DNA of 61,918 bases, counting the filler, from Sphacelaria rigidula (taxonomy: Eukaryota), in assembly GCA_964200075.2 (NCBI GenBank). It is 4 parts of 4 records of this genome, joined end to end, with 100 filler letters (N's around TTAATTAATTAA, not from the genome) between each part and the next. Parts side by side here need not be neighbours in the genome. Positions count along the whole stretch, not along the records: positions 1 to 15,406 come from CAXNAA020001764.1; positions 15,507 to 30,912 come from CAXNAA020001765.1; 2 more parts are not named here. One strand, written 5' to 3'. Every line of letters begins with the position of its first letter. The first letter of the stretch is position 1. The notes under the pieces were generated by a model, which searched no databases, had not been told where the DNA came from, and saw nothing but the letters and a program-made list of their open reading frames with translations. Positions 14,158 through 24,953 of this stretch are shown piece by piece. The position numbers and the translations under genes are program-made.

Positions 14158-14572
14158 GCAGACCAATAAAAAAAATGAGGTTGTACACTCAAAAGGGCTT
14201 CAAGCCCAAAACAGTGCTGTCTTCACACTTTCGGTGATGGTGCCCGATGACTATTTTGTCGACCTGAGGCCACTCGATCGCGTAGAAAAGTTTTCAGCGC
14301 CTTTTACTGACTCTGTGAGCTTACAGCGCTGACCGGAACCGTCATTTTTCCTGCCTTTTGAGGAGGGGGGTGACATCGGGGAAAATGAGGGCTTCGCTCA
14401 GCCCGGTAAGCCCACAGAGTCGGTAAAATGCGCTGAAACCTTATCTACGTGATCGAGGGGCATCAGGCCGACAAAAACATCATCGGGCACCATCGCTGAA
14501 AGTGTGAAGACAGCACTGTTTTGGGCTCGAACCTCATTTTAGTGTACAACCTCAGTTTTTAGAATTGTCTGT
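14158..14572. mobile_element. Almost wholly palindromic MITE, copy 1
   Basis: Left arm tgaggttgtacact...agcccaaaacagtgctgtcttcacactttc...actctgtgagcttac pairs with right arm gtaagcccacagagtc...gaaagtgtgaagacagcactgttttgggct...agtgtacaacctca. Second copy at 20591-20975. Confidence 0.85.
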
Positions 14573-15244
14573 TACAGTACACAGTACAGTACAGTACAGA
14601 ACATGACAGCACACTACACTACACCAATACAAGAATACATCGTATGCGATACAACACACATACACGATATACGACACGAAGTCTACAAGGGCATGAAGTC
14701 TGCAGAATAACAGCACAAAGTGCGGGACGATACGGCTGCACTTTTCGTGCCTTCCAACTAGCGAAAATGAGGTCTCGTTTCACCGTTTGGCAGGGTCGTC
14801 GATGATGCCGCAAGATCCTGCAGGGGTTAATTTCAAGATTACACACCGTTCTCCACACTGCATGGGTCGATTGACCCCAAATTTTGCACAGCGTCGGCCA
14901 ACTGTATACAAAACGAGATGGCGCAGGCGTTGCAGACCTTTGATCAGAGGGACTCGGATGCACTCCCTTCTGGGCAGGGACATGCGGGTGCCGACTGCTG
15001 TTTGTAGAGTACACACCTGCCGCTGGGGGCATCGACGTTGCCACTCACCGGATGAAATGAGGAGATTCCACTTGCTCAGATGTTTGCAAACGTAGCGCAG
15101 TTTCTCCTCGTCACTTCTTGCGGTCCCTCGTTGGCTGCAACTACTGTGCTGGCGGCTGTAGTGGGTCGCACCCGTCGGCCAAACTGTTGTCCATGCCCCG
15201 TCTATATTGTCATGTTCTAACTACGAAAACGCGCCTACACTATG
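14573..15244 (-). repeat. ~670 bp dispersed repeat, right (inverted) copy of 5388-6089
   Basis: Reverse complement aligns by eye with 5388-6089 over its whole length, including the CTGTA-rich tail. Confidence 0.9.
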
Positions 15245-15406
15245 CAGTGTTACGCCGGGGAAAAATTTCTTTTTTTTAAAGCGAAATAGACGCCTCCGCG
15301 AGAAACGGTGGATGATGGCAAATGTCCTGATTTCGCCCCGAGGTTCCGCACACCTTGTGCATGCAGCTGCGGACCTGAAAGCATCGCCCAAGTGGAAGGA
15401 GTGGGC

Positions 15407-15506
15407 NNNNNNNNNNNNNNNNNNNNNNNNNNNNNNNNNNNNNNNNNNNNTTAATTAATTAANNNNNNNNNNNNNNNNNNNNNNNNNNNNNNNNNNNNNN
15501 NNNNNN
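15407..15506. other. Artificial scaffold linker
   Basis: 44 N + TTAATTAATTAA (stops in all six frames) + 44 N. Confidence 0.98.
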
Positions 15507-15594
15507 ATTGATCACGCATCCCTTTCGAGACGGAGCACCGTTCCTACTCCTGATCGAGACACCTCCAACATTCTGGCGCTCATAAAGTTTTTGA
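15507..15594 (-). mobile_element. Non-LTR retrotransposon (LINE) 3' fragment
   Basis: Encodes KLYERQNVGGVSIRSRNGAPSRKGCVIN, the same peptide as the copies at 31013, 33912 and 43021. Confidence 0.7.
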
Positions 15595-15905
15595 GGGGGG
15601 GGGGGGGTGGGCACCCAGCCGTCTGTCCCCTGGTTTATTGCCGAAGCGTTGGATGCGGTCAGTTGCCGTGGACAGAGATCCTTGGCATGAAGACTTGAGG
15701 CCATCGGGACAGAGCGGGCAAGGAGCAGAAGTAAATTTATATGAACCCCGCGAAGCCCACCAGATTTTTCGATTTTTGCCAGAGTCTATTGATTGATTTC
15801 TTGTAACAAAATTAACGGGAAAAAAAAAAATCAGGGCAATTTTTTAAAAGATACCCTCCGGAATCTAAGGTCATCAGTGTAATGCCTGAGAGAACCGCGT
15901 GCTTA

Positions 15906-16054
15906 GAGGACCGCATCGGAATTTGAACACCCCTATGGTTATGGTTAGGGTTAGTCTTCTGGGGTTAGGGTCAGGGGCGTGATCCCTGAGGGACTGACCT
16001 GATTGGTTTTAAAAGGCGTTGATCCTAAGGTGTTCGAACTACGACCCGGTCCCC
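15906..16054. mobile_element. MITE with ~26 bp TIRs, TA flanks and internal telomere-like GGTTAG motifs
   Basis: ta|gaggaccgcatcggaatttgaacacc ... ggtgttcgaactacgacccggtcccc|ta; internal ggttagggttag and ggggttagggtcagggg. Confidence 0.7.
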
Positions 16055-18062
16055 TAATCACGCGTTCCTCTCACGCATTACAATCGGAAAAGAGCGAGCA
16101 AAAGAGTAGAAGCAGACATACGAACCACCTGAAGTCCACCAGGCTAAAAGGTTTTTGTCAATGTTTATGAACCAATTTATTGCAACAAAATTAACGGAAA
16201 ATAATCGAAACACTCTTGATTGATCAATTTCTTGCAACGAAGTTGACAAAACAATCGTGACAATTTTCGAGAAAATACCCTCCCGGGGGAGGGCTACATG
16301 TCCGAAATAAATTCCGCGCTGCCCCCTGACTTGAGTAAGCTTTTTTTTTTTCAAGGTTCTAAAAGGCTTGATATGCTTGAAACGCGCATAAAGGTGCGAC
16401 AATTTTTTATTCGCCTCCTGCAGTCACTCCAGCAGCTGCCCGCAAGTGCTCCATGTGCCGTGACTCGTCACCAGACAGGCCGACAGACCTCAGCCTTCAA
16501 GAGTTTAACCTTCGATTATCGTGTTTCGTGTTCCTATTTTGTCGCGGGTCTGATCAGAAAAGCGTACAACTTTATATTCTATATACTGTATGATTGACTG
16601 CTCATTGTCCGAGTCCTTTTCACGTCTCATTGTAGTTTAAGCAGAAAAAACAGAGATGTCTCGCGCTGTCTGTACTGCACGTTGCCTGCTTTTCATACAC
16701 ATCCTACTGTACGAAACACGCACAGGCACATCCAGACACCCTTCATGCTTATAATGCAGACAGTACAGACTGTACTGTTCACAAGTGACAAAGTACCGCT
16801 TCACGAATTTCACTTGCTTTTGTCGATCGAAAACCTCAAAATTCGCCTGGACCCACTCTAGAAATATGAGCGGAGTTCACTGAAGTCAAAATTTCACCGC
16901 CCCCTTTTTTTGATCGAAAGAAATGCCTCCGATGAATCAAGAATCATGGTCTGAAATCGCCACCATTTGTGTACCCGGCCGGACGGGAAACCCAAAGCAG
17001 GGAGAGCGTGGCGCACACCGGAACAGACAACATCTAGTTGTCTGTATTGTGCTCTGCTGTTCGTTAGTTGTGTTGCGCTTTGTAAATACTACTTCACGCT
17101 GCATGTTTCGCCACCTTGGTACTGCACTGTTGTACTGCACTGTACTGTTGCAGTGACCATCCTTCGAGCCGTCAAATATGCGTTGTGAGCAGCTGCACTA
17201 CTGTACTGTACTGTGTACCGGGTACCGTAAATTGTTTCAGGGCTCAACCTTCCAGTCTGTGTGTCATGCTCTCCTATGCATCTGCATGTACCATGTACGA
17301 AGTGTCCTTGAACCCCAGTTACAACGGTGTTAAACAGACAGTGCCGACAACACCGCCGCGAAATGCACGACCTCGAGCCAGCCGTGAAGTCTGCATCGTA
17401 ACGAGCTGCACCGTAGTGTCTGTGTGTACTAGCTACCGCTTTCCGGGAACACGGGTGATTGTTCCGCAGTCGGAGACAGATCTGGATATGTCAACGGGCG
17501 TGACTGAATCAGATCAATGAACGACGTTATACCTTCACCAATTAACCCGAGCAAACACGCAGAGACATCCACACCACAATTGCAACAAACATCACCGCAT
17601 ATTACAGTCGCCATGATGATGTCTTCTCTAGTACAGGCCACGCCCTTTACCTTGGCTTCTGTTTGGCTGGGTACACATCATACATGATGCATGGAGACAC
17701 GCACAAAAGTAACTCCGATTCAGACTTCTTGACACCCCCACGGTTCCCGGAACCGCGCAGCGAACAGCTGCACTCAACAGAAGCGCACAGTACAGTCTCC
17801 GTGATATGTTGTCCGCTCGAGCGAACGCCACGTCGTTCACCTTGGGTTCACTGCACAGCTGGGTACACGAACATCATCGTTTGTCTCTTCGTAATTCGTG
17901 TCCTTCTTTTGAGGGTGCATCCGCAGCACAACATATACGGAAAATGGGTGTTTGCTGCCGTGAATTTCACCACTTGGTAGGGGTTTGTTGGTCCGACTTG
18001 GTTTTAGTGTGGATTCCAAAAACCGATTTGTGAGGCATATATGCATACTGTACATTGTGTTC

Positions 18063-18171
18063 AACCCTTTGAGCGCTAAGGTGGGTCATCTGTCATCTGC
18101 AAAGTCGGCATCATCTTCACTTGAACAGTGAACATGAGAACCAGATCACAAACTCTCGCGGTCAAGGGGTT
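18063..18171. mobile_element. ~110 bp mini-element, copy 3
   Basis: aaccctttgagcgc ... gcggtcaaggggtt are inverted termini; internal gtcggcatca core shared with the other copies. Confidence 0.55.
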
Positions 18172-19837
18172 AGAATCACTAAGATAGAGGTATCAGCTCG
18201 GGCTATATCAGCGGTGTGAAGATTATTGCAACCCGCATAGTGTTCGAAGTCCAACACTGTCCCTGGGGGCTGTACAACGTGCTTCAGATCTGGAAATGAA
18301 AGTGGCATAATTTCCAGGGAACGTCCGGCGCTCAGCACACAAAATACAAATCACTTTCAAACCCAAGGCGGGAAAAACCACCCGACAGTAAGATGACAAA
18401 GCGTTCGACAGCAGCGCACTACGCTTTGCTCACCAGTCACCAGTGTCCATCGCAGTGCTACTGCGTTCTAGCAGCGCACGTGCGTCAGACCCCCCGTTGT
18501 TGGGCGTTGGGTGTCCAGGTTAGGTGACAGTACAGTGCATTGTGATGCTGACAAAAAACACTGAATTGCTGTGCATGGGTGCAGCGCGTCGTATCTGCAG
18601 CGTCCAGACTACGGGGTTTTCAGATTCTATGGGTAAACATACAACTTAACCGTTCACCACGGATCATCTTTCGGCCTTGTTGTGCGGGGCGATCGAGAAG
18701 AGTTATCTGTCCTTCAGTCCGAGCGTTTGGTGTAACTACTGTTCCGAAAAGGATGATTGGTGACTTGGATATAGTATGGACAAACCGGACACGACGGATT
18801 TGATTGCAACATACAGCGCAGCGACATTACGCTGATAATAAATAGGACTAGTGGTAAGCCACGGCTGACGCACGTGACAGCAGCGCCACCGGTACCAGCG
18901 CCACAGGTCTCGCACGCGTGGTGGTTTCGAACAAAATTGCGAAGATGACCCTGACGTCAACCATGATTCATGAGTACAAAAGTGTGAGCAAATATGGGCT
19001 TTCAGCCCCACGGCTAACATGGTCGTCAGGGGTGCTAAACTTGGGGGGTGTTAGCCCCCGAAAAGTGTCCGGACTGTTTGAAGTCATGTTACTGTAACTT
19101 GCCCACTTTTCTCTGTTTCTTCGGATAAACTCGAATGTAGACTACATCCTCGATATGGAGAAATCGTGCGCTAAGGGGACGCGTTCCCTAATCAGACGCA
19201 ACATACACTTCCACACCAATGACACGTTCCGGGGTTGAACCTTTTTTTCAAGTGCTTTTCAGCCTTACCCTCAAAACCAGCAGAAATAGGTTATTTTCCG
19301 GGTTTTTTCCGCTGAGCATGGGAGGTGCCCTTGAAAAGCTTATAACCCGGTGGGTGCACTCGGGTTCGAAGCACGACGCAAAAACAATGAACACACTCCG
19401 CCCTTGTAGTGGATGAAAATAACATCAAGAGTCAGTTTGATCTTTTATTTGTTTTCCTCTAAGATGAATATCTGGGTCGATATTTTTCTTGTGTGCGTTT
19501 GTCGAGCAGGAGCGATAGGCTTTGTCTTTCCGCTGCATGATCTCTTGGCTTTTTGCGTTCACGTTGGTTCGTCAGTGTATGTTTGCGTGTGAGATGTGGC
19601 GGTTGGGGTGTGCGTGCCGTGGCGTGCGCTATCTGCTGGCTTGTGTGCGGGTGAATTCATGAATGGTGTTGGTTGGGCCGGCGGGTCTGCACAAATGGCC
19701 CGTGAAACTGGTTTTACTCTGCCGTTCTGTTGCTCTTTATCAATCGGTGCAAGGTAGTAGCTAGGCAAATTGTGCGTTGCAAGACCTCATTTAGACGAAA
19801 GTGCGTACTGCGCAAGCTAGGAGCGCAGCGCCCATTA

Positions 19838-20474
19838 TGTCTTGTCCCATTTATTCTGGGCGTCGGTCTACACCTGTCGGTATATGTGGGCGCACCAGCC
19901 TGGTTCACACAGGAAAAAGGCCAACACATTTTTTGTTTTTTACTTCGCGTTTTTTTTTTTTTTTTCTCACACTTCGAACCCCTCCCCTTCCTCGGGATGA
20001 GCCCGTGGTCTCAAGGGATCAACCCATCGCTCCCCCGGTACGTGCCTTCCATTTTGGTCTCGCGGATTAGATCAGCACTCCCGCGCACCGCGTGAACCCA
20101 CGTCACACAATCCGAGTCGACAACTTTGATCACTAACGTTCTCACGCTTTCCACGGTGGAAATCATACCTTACGAAGAAAAAACACAGCGCATCGGGAAT
20201 CGAACCCCCGTTTTCACCCTAATGGCGACAGTCGGACCATTACACCACCGGGGCGCAGCGGTTCGCTTGCCGTTTTTTTTCAATCGAGAGAGGGGTTCAA
20301 CAGTCCCATTCCCTCGTTGACCACCAAGTCGAATTTTGTGTACCCATGACATAGTAGTCCCTCTCCACTCTTGGGCATTGTGTGGGGGAAAATCCCAGTT
20401 TGCTCCGAGATTCGAACCCTCGACCCAACCGTCAGACTGTTTCGAGGTTACCAGCTGAGCGACCGGGGCGACCG
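19838..20474 (-). mobile_element. tRNA-derived SINE (outer), interrupted by a second SINE
   Basis: Minus-strand head has A-box-like tcgctcagctgg and B-box ggttcgaatct (20402-20474). Flanking direct repeat gcgcccatta (19828-19837) / gcgctcatta (20475-20484). Empty paralogous site near 28450-28490. The same 3' tail recurs at 46806-46880. Confidence 0.8.
19950..20254 (-). mobile_element. tRNA-derived SINE (inner, nested) with poly(A) tail
   Basis: Minus-strand head gccccggtggtgtaatgg (A box) ... ggttcgattcc (B box). The T-run at 19950-19965 is the poly(A) tail. Confidence 0.7.
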
Positions 20475-20590
20475 GCGCTCATTACACTTCCAAGTATCAG
20501 TGTCCACATTGGAACCAAGTCGGGACAACTTCACCCCACCAAGTGGTGAACTCTGCTATAACGAAGGTGAAACATCGTGTGTGCACCCTA

Positions 20591-20975
20591 GAACAGACAA
20601 TACTATGAAATGAGGTTCAAGCCCAAAACAGTGCCTTCCCCACACTTCCAGCGATGGTCCCCAATGCCCCTCGATCGTGTAGATAATTTTTCAGCGCACT
20701 TTACCGACTCTGTGAGCTTACAGCGCTGACCGAAACCACCATTTTCCCTTTTATCACCCCCCCCCCAAAAAGAAAAGAAAAATACATGGAAAATGGCGCT
20801 CTCGATCGGCGCCGCTGTAAGCTCACAGAGTCGGTAACATGCGCTGAAAAAGTATCTACGCGATCGAGAGGCCGACAAAAACTCATTCGGCACCAGGCTG
20901 AAAGTGTGGGGAAAGCACTGCTTTGGACTTGAACCTTAATATAGTGTACAACCTCATTTTATGGAATTGTCTGTT
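20591..20975. mobile_element. Palindromic MITE, copy 2 (family of 14158-14572)
   Basis: Termini aacagacaat ... attgtctgtt; arms share accgactctgtgagcttacagcg / cgctgtaagctcacagagtcggt. Confidence 0.85.
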
Positions 20976-21954
20976 GTAGGATAGCGGCAAAAACACTTGG
21001 GGCTTGTCAGTGCCGCATGACCACACCGACCATGATGACTTAGATCACGCTTGCAATCGGAGTCAGCACAACCAAAGCAGAGTACTGTAGTACAGTCAGA
21101 CATGCTAATCGGGGCAAAAAAAGTGAATGGGCTGTTCGAGGAAATCATCACGATCACAGACGAAAATTCCCCTTTTCCTTTTTTGTCCTGGGATGCTCCG
21201 CCCAAACGCATTTGCTTTTACAATCCAATCTCTTGACGGGTTGATAGCAGGCGCAAGCAACACCCTCCCTGTTCACACCCAATAGCAGTGGTCTTGTCCT
21301 CCTGCTTTCAAGGCATACCCTCTGAACCTGGAGAAAAATACTTCGAAGTGTATAATTTCCGGCTTTACTGATCTGACCGTGGGTGACACGCGGTCCCTCC
21401 AAACAGAGAATGAGTGCTTTAGAGACGGCGCGGCGAACATGGCGGTATCGATAGGCTCAATATAACCAACAGACATGAGGGCAAAATACCGTCGCCATGA
21501 TGCTGTCTAAAACGGTACACTCTAGACTTTTTACCTCGGGTTCGCTGTGCCGCTGGGTACACGAAGCGGTAGCTCTTTTCCCTTCATGACATATCGGCGC
21601 GCACTATACAGGGATGGGGAGTAAGCGAGCGTAGATTGTTCAGCTTTGAAACGACAACCACAGATCTACGTTGCTATATTTTCGAGCGGGCAATGAGAAA
21701 ATTACTGGGACAAAAGAAAGTTGGCCAGGCGATGAGAAGTGAGAGATGAGATACAGTACAACATCATGTTACGGTCGAACTGTTGTACTGCACCCTGCGT
21801 CCGTTGTTTTGGCTTCAATTGAAAGTCTGAGTGTATGGCTCAAGTCGCCACGGTCTGGGTGGTATGTGGCACTCACACATTATTTTTTCGGAACCCATAT
21901 ATAATTATCCCGAAACCAAACAGGCATACCTCGTCCGTCGGAAAATATCCTTTT

Positions 21955-22058
21955 CATCCCTTTGACCGCAAGGGTTAGTCACCTGCTGAATCGGCATCAA
22001 TTTTCATTTGAGAAAAGTATACATGGTCCAGATGGACTGCCCTCGCGGCCTAGGGGTT
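21955..22058. mobile_element. ~110 bp mini-element, copy 4
   Basis: ccctttgaccgcaagggttagtcacctgctgaatcggcatcaat...cctaggggtta. Confidence 0.55.
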
Positions 22059-23189
22059 ATGCATGGGTCATTGTTCCGCGAATGAGTATTCGAACATATG
22101 GGTATAACTATAGTTAATTTGATCCACATTTTCACACGTAAAGACGGAGCCGCCAGAACAACAGGCACAGTCACGTACCATTCATGCGCATTAGTTTGAG
22201 CGGTAGCCCTTGCCAATATACACAGAGTAGTCTAGAGGGAACGTGTCGCAGCTGACTGTTTATGTCAGTGGATAGTTGCTCCGCTATTTGTTCTGTAGCG
22301 GGTCATAAACTGCACGTGATGGTCTGTGGCGGAGGACAGTTGCTCCGCAATTATCTTGATTTCGTAGCGATGCTCAGCATTTAGTTCATTTGTTTTTTAT
22401 GCGTGACTGAAATGTATGTATCGCGACAGCAGATGCGACGCAAGGCAGTACATACACACAGAGGCCCGAAAAAACACGCGCAGAGACGTGGCAGTCACGC
22501 GCATCAGCTTTTTGATGTACGCGCATTAGTTCCAGCGGTAGCCCTGGCTATATATAATCTACACACAGCAGTCTGCGTTGGACGGAAATCTACTCGTACC
22601 GTTATTGCTGACCGCTGATGTCAGTGATACATACGGGCCATGAACTGTTCGCTCCGCTATTACCTTACCTTGAATTTATAGCGCATATGATGAGTATCCT
22701 TGTTGTTGTCGAGCTTCTCCGAATTTGGTTCAATTGATTCTATGCACAGAAGTCGGCCATGACTGAAAAACGTGTGTGGGCCGTAAAGACACCAAGCCCC
22801 GAGAAAACGCGCACAGATACGTGCGCTAGGTTGCATTTCCTTTCTAATCTATGCGCATTAGCGGTAGTCCTTGCTATAATGTACACGCGGCAACCTTCGT
22901 TTGACGGAAGCATGTTCTGTGTATTGGAGGACACGTGTCGTTGCTGACCGCTCGCGACCCCTCGCAGGTGGACTGAGATGGACTATTTCACATTTGGGTT
23001 GAAAACAGCTGTGTTCTCGCTCAACAAAACCCTCGGTCCATGAAGATGCGAATGTTTGGCATCTAAATTAAAAAAAAATCACGGAGAACCCCTGACCGGT
23101 TTCGACCCTGCAGTCGATTGCGTGCAGAGTCAGCATGTATGTGTGCTCGATACTATGTATGATTGAATTGCCAGTACAGCACCGACATG

Positions 23190-23480
23190 AGGAATACGCA
23201 GCTAAGTAGGCCACCTGTAGTCCATTGTGGGGGAACAAAGTGATCATATTGATAGCCGATCAGAATGGCTGCTCCGCTCCCCTCGGACTTCGTTCTTGAC
23301 GTGTAATTTTCCATACACACGTGATTGACTAGGTGAGCTTTTCGGCTGTCTCGCAAACAGGCCCACACCTGTCAAAACGACCACCCCGCCCCCTGGAAAC
23401 CTCGGATGTCCCTGGACTGTCAGCCTGCAAAACTGTTCTGAGGCGACTCTCGCTGTGTAAGGGATAAAGTTCCAGATGTC
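23190..23480 (+). repeat. Dispersed repeat also present in intron 2 of the GPR180-like gene
   Basis: cggatgtccctggactgtc...aaaact.ttc.gaggcgac.ctcgc is shared with 40010-40100 (direct) and 39020-39310 (inverted). Confidence 0.7.
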
Positions 23481-24379
23481 AGCGTTTATACAAACGAAGT
23501 CGGGAGAACTTCACCCCACCAAGTGGTCACCTCTACCCTAACGAAGAGCCACAAAATTGAACTACTTGAAACAGAGGTGATTCTTTCCGTATACGAAAGG
23601 TAGTCGGAGACAGTTCTGGAGATCTCAACGGGCGTGACTGAAACACATGACTAAACCACGTTCAGCATCAAAACCCAACCCGATCAAACTTGACAGAATT
23701 CCAGGGCACAAGCGCAGCACGCCTGGCGCTAGCTATCGCTGTCCTCTACACAGTGCGCTTCTTTCACGGCAATCTGTGTGATGTTGGATGAGGGATGGCT
23801 GTGCTTGTGCAACAGAACTTGCTGAAATGGATTCGCTAACGGATTTACGTGGGAGCGTTTTTTGTTCCCGAGGTGATGAAATATGGAAACAAACAATCGG
23901 TGTTTGCTCAACGCTACCCCCGACGGCAAAGAAAATAGCTCACCATGGGACGGTGCAGTGCAAGCTGCGAGGAGTCGGTGCGGTGCAAACTACTGATGAG
24001 CTGTTTCGTATTGGATTGACGGTCTGTCTTGTCAGCGTCCAGGGTTAGGAACAAATGTTGGTTCTCTCCCGTATGCTATGTACGACGTCATCAAAAAATG
24101 GATTGGACAGGCATTCACACATTTGAATCTCTCGGGTGCTGTGAAATTAAGCATAGCTTGACTACAATGAAAGCTTGCAACAACCCGTTTGCGTTGTAGG
24201 AAGGTGGACTACTCTGTGATGATCACGGGCAGAAGAGTGATATGCGCCGTGGAACGACAGTGCATGTGAGTATTTTTCAATTCTTCGAAACACGTCGTTC
24301 ATGCAAAAGTAATCGTGTATGGAGATAGTACCTGTGGGTGAAACTGCAGCTTTGAATCTTTCAATATCACAAAAAAAAA

Positions 24380-24953
24380 AGTTACAGGTTGCATTTCTGT
24401 ATTTTTGTTGTAGCGGTGCCCAACTGCAAACTGTAAAGCTACTCAACCGATAATATACGCTATAATACTGTGCTGCTTGTACGGTGAGTGTTTTGAACTG
24501 GAGGCACCCTCAAAGCGCTGCGCTGATACATCGGTCTCGCTAGGAAAACCTGGGTTCACGACATTACATTTACAGAGCTACTTCGCCCGTAGTGAACCGT
24601 GCGACTAAACTCTTCGACATGTGCGAGAAGAAGGGGTTGCATGGTGATGGCATGCAAATTTGGTGCAAAGTTGCATCTATGTGGGTGTCGTTTTTTTTAG
24701 CAAACAGCTGTTCGGTTACCAGCGCAACTGTAGAGGTATACTCAACCGCTGATATACACTAAAATACTGTGATGTCTGTTCGGTGTGTTCCGAACCGGAG
24801 GCACCCTCAACGCGCTGTGCTGATACATGGGTCTTGCGAACCTGGGTTCAAGATAGTACAATTGCAGAGCGACTTCCCTTATGGTGTACCGTACGATTAA
24901 ACTCACATGTAGGGGAAAACTTCAAAAAGTAGAACAAAACACACCAAAAATAT
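24380..24953 (+). repeat. Module with two internal ~150 bp repeats; paralog of 29630-30340
   Basis: aatactgtg...cggtg.gtt..gaac.ggaggcaccctcaa.gcgctg.gctgatacat.ggtct...aacctgggttca occurs twice here and three times in 29690-30270. Confidence 0.85.

Noticed and set aside
15451-15462. TTAATTAATTAA as a biological palindrome or piggyBac site
   Set aside because: Identical in all three gaps and centred in exactly 44+44 N, so it is an assembly linker.
15935-15978. Telomere (GGTTAG-like repeats; also near 1628)
   Set aside because: Only a few degenerate units, internal to a MITE and not at a scaffold end.
19027-19407. hAT element starting CAGGGGTG
   Set aside because: It looks like an insertion relative to the paralog, but I found no matching right TIR or TSD.
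20185-20476. Two functional tRNA genes
   Set aside because: A and B boxes are present, but acceptor and anticodon stems do not form properly and both continue into SINE bodies.
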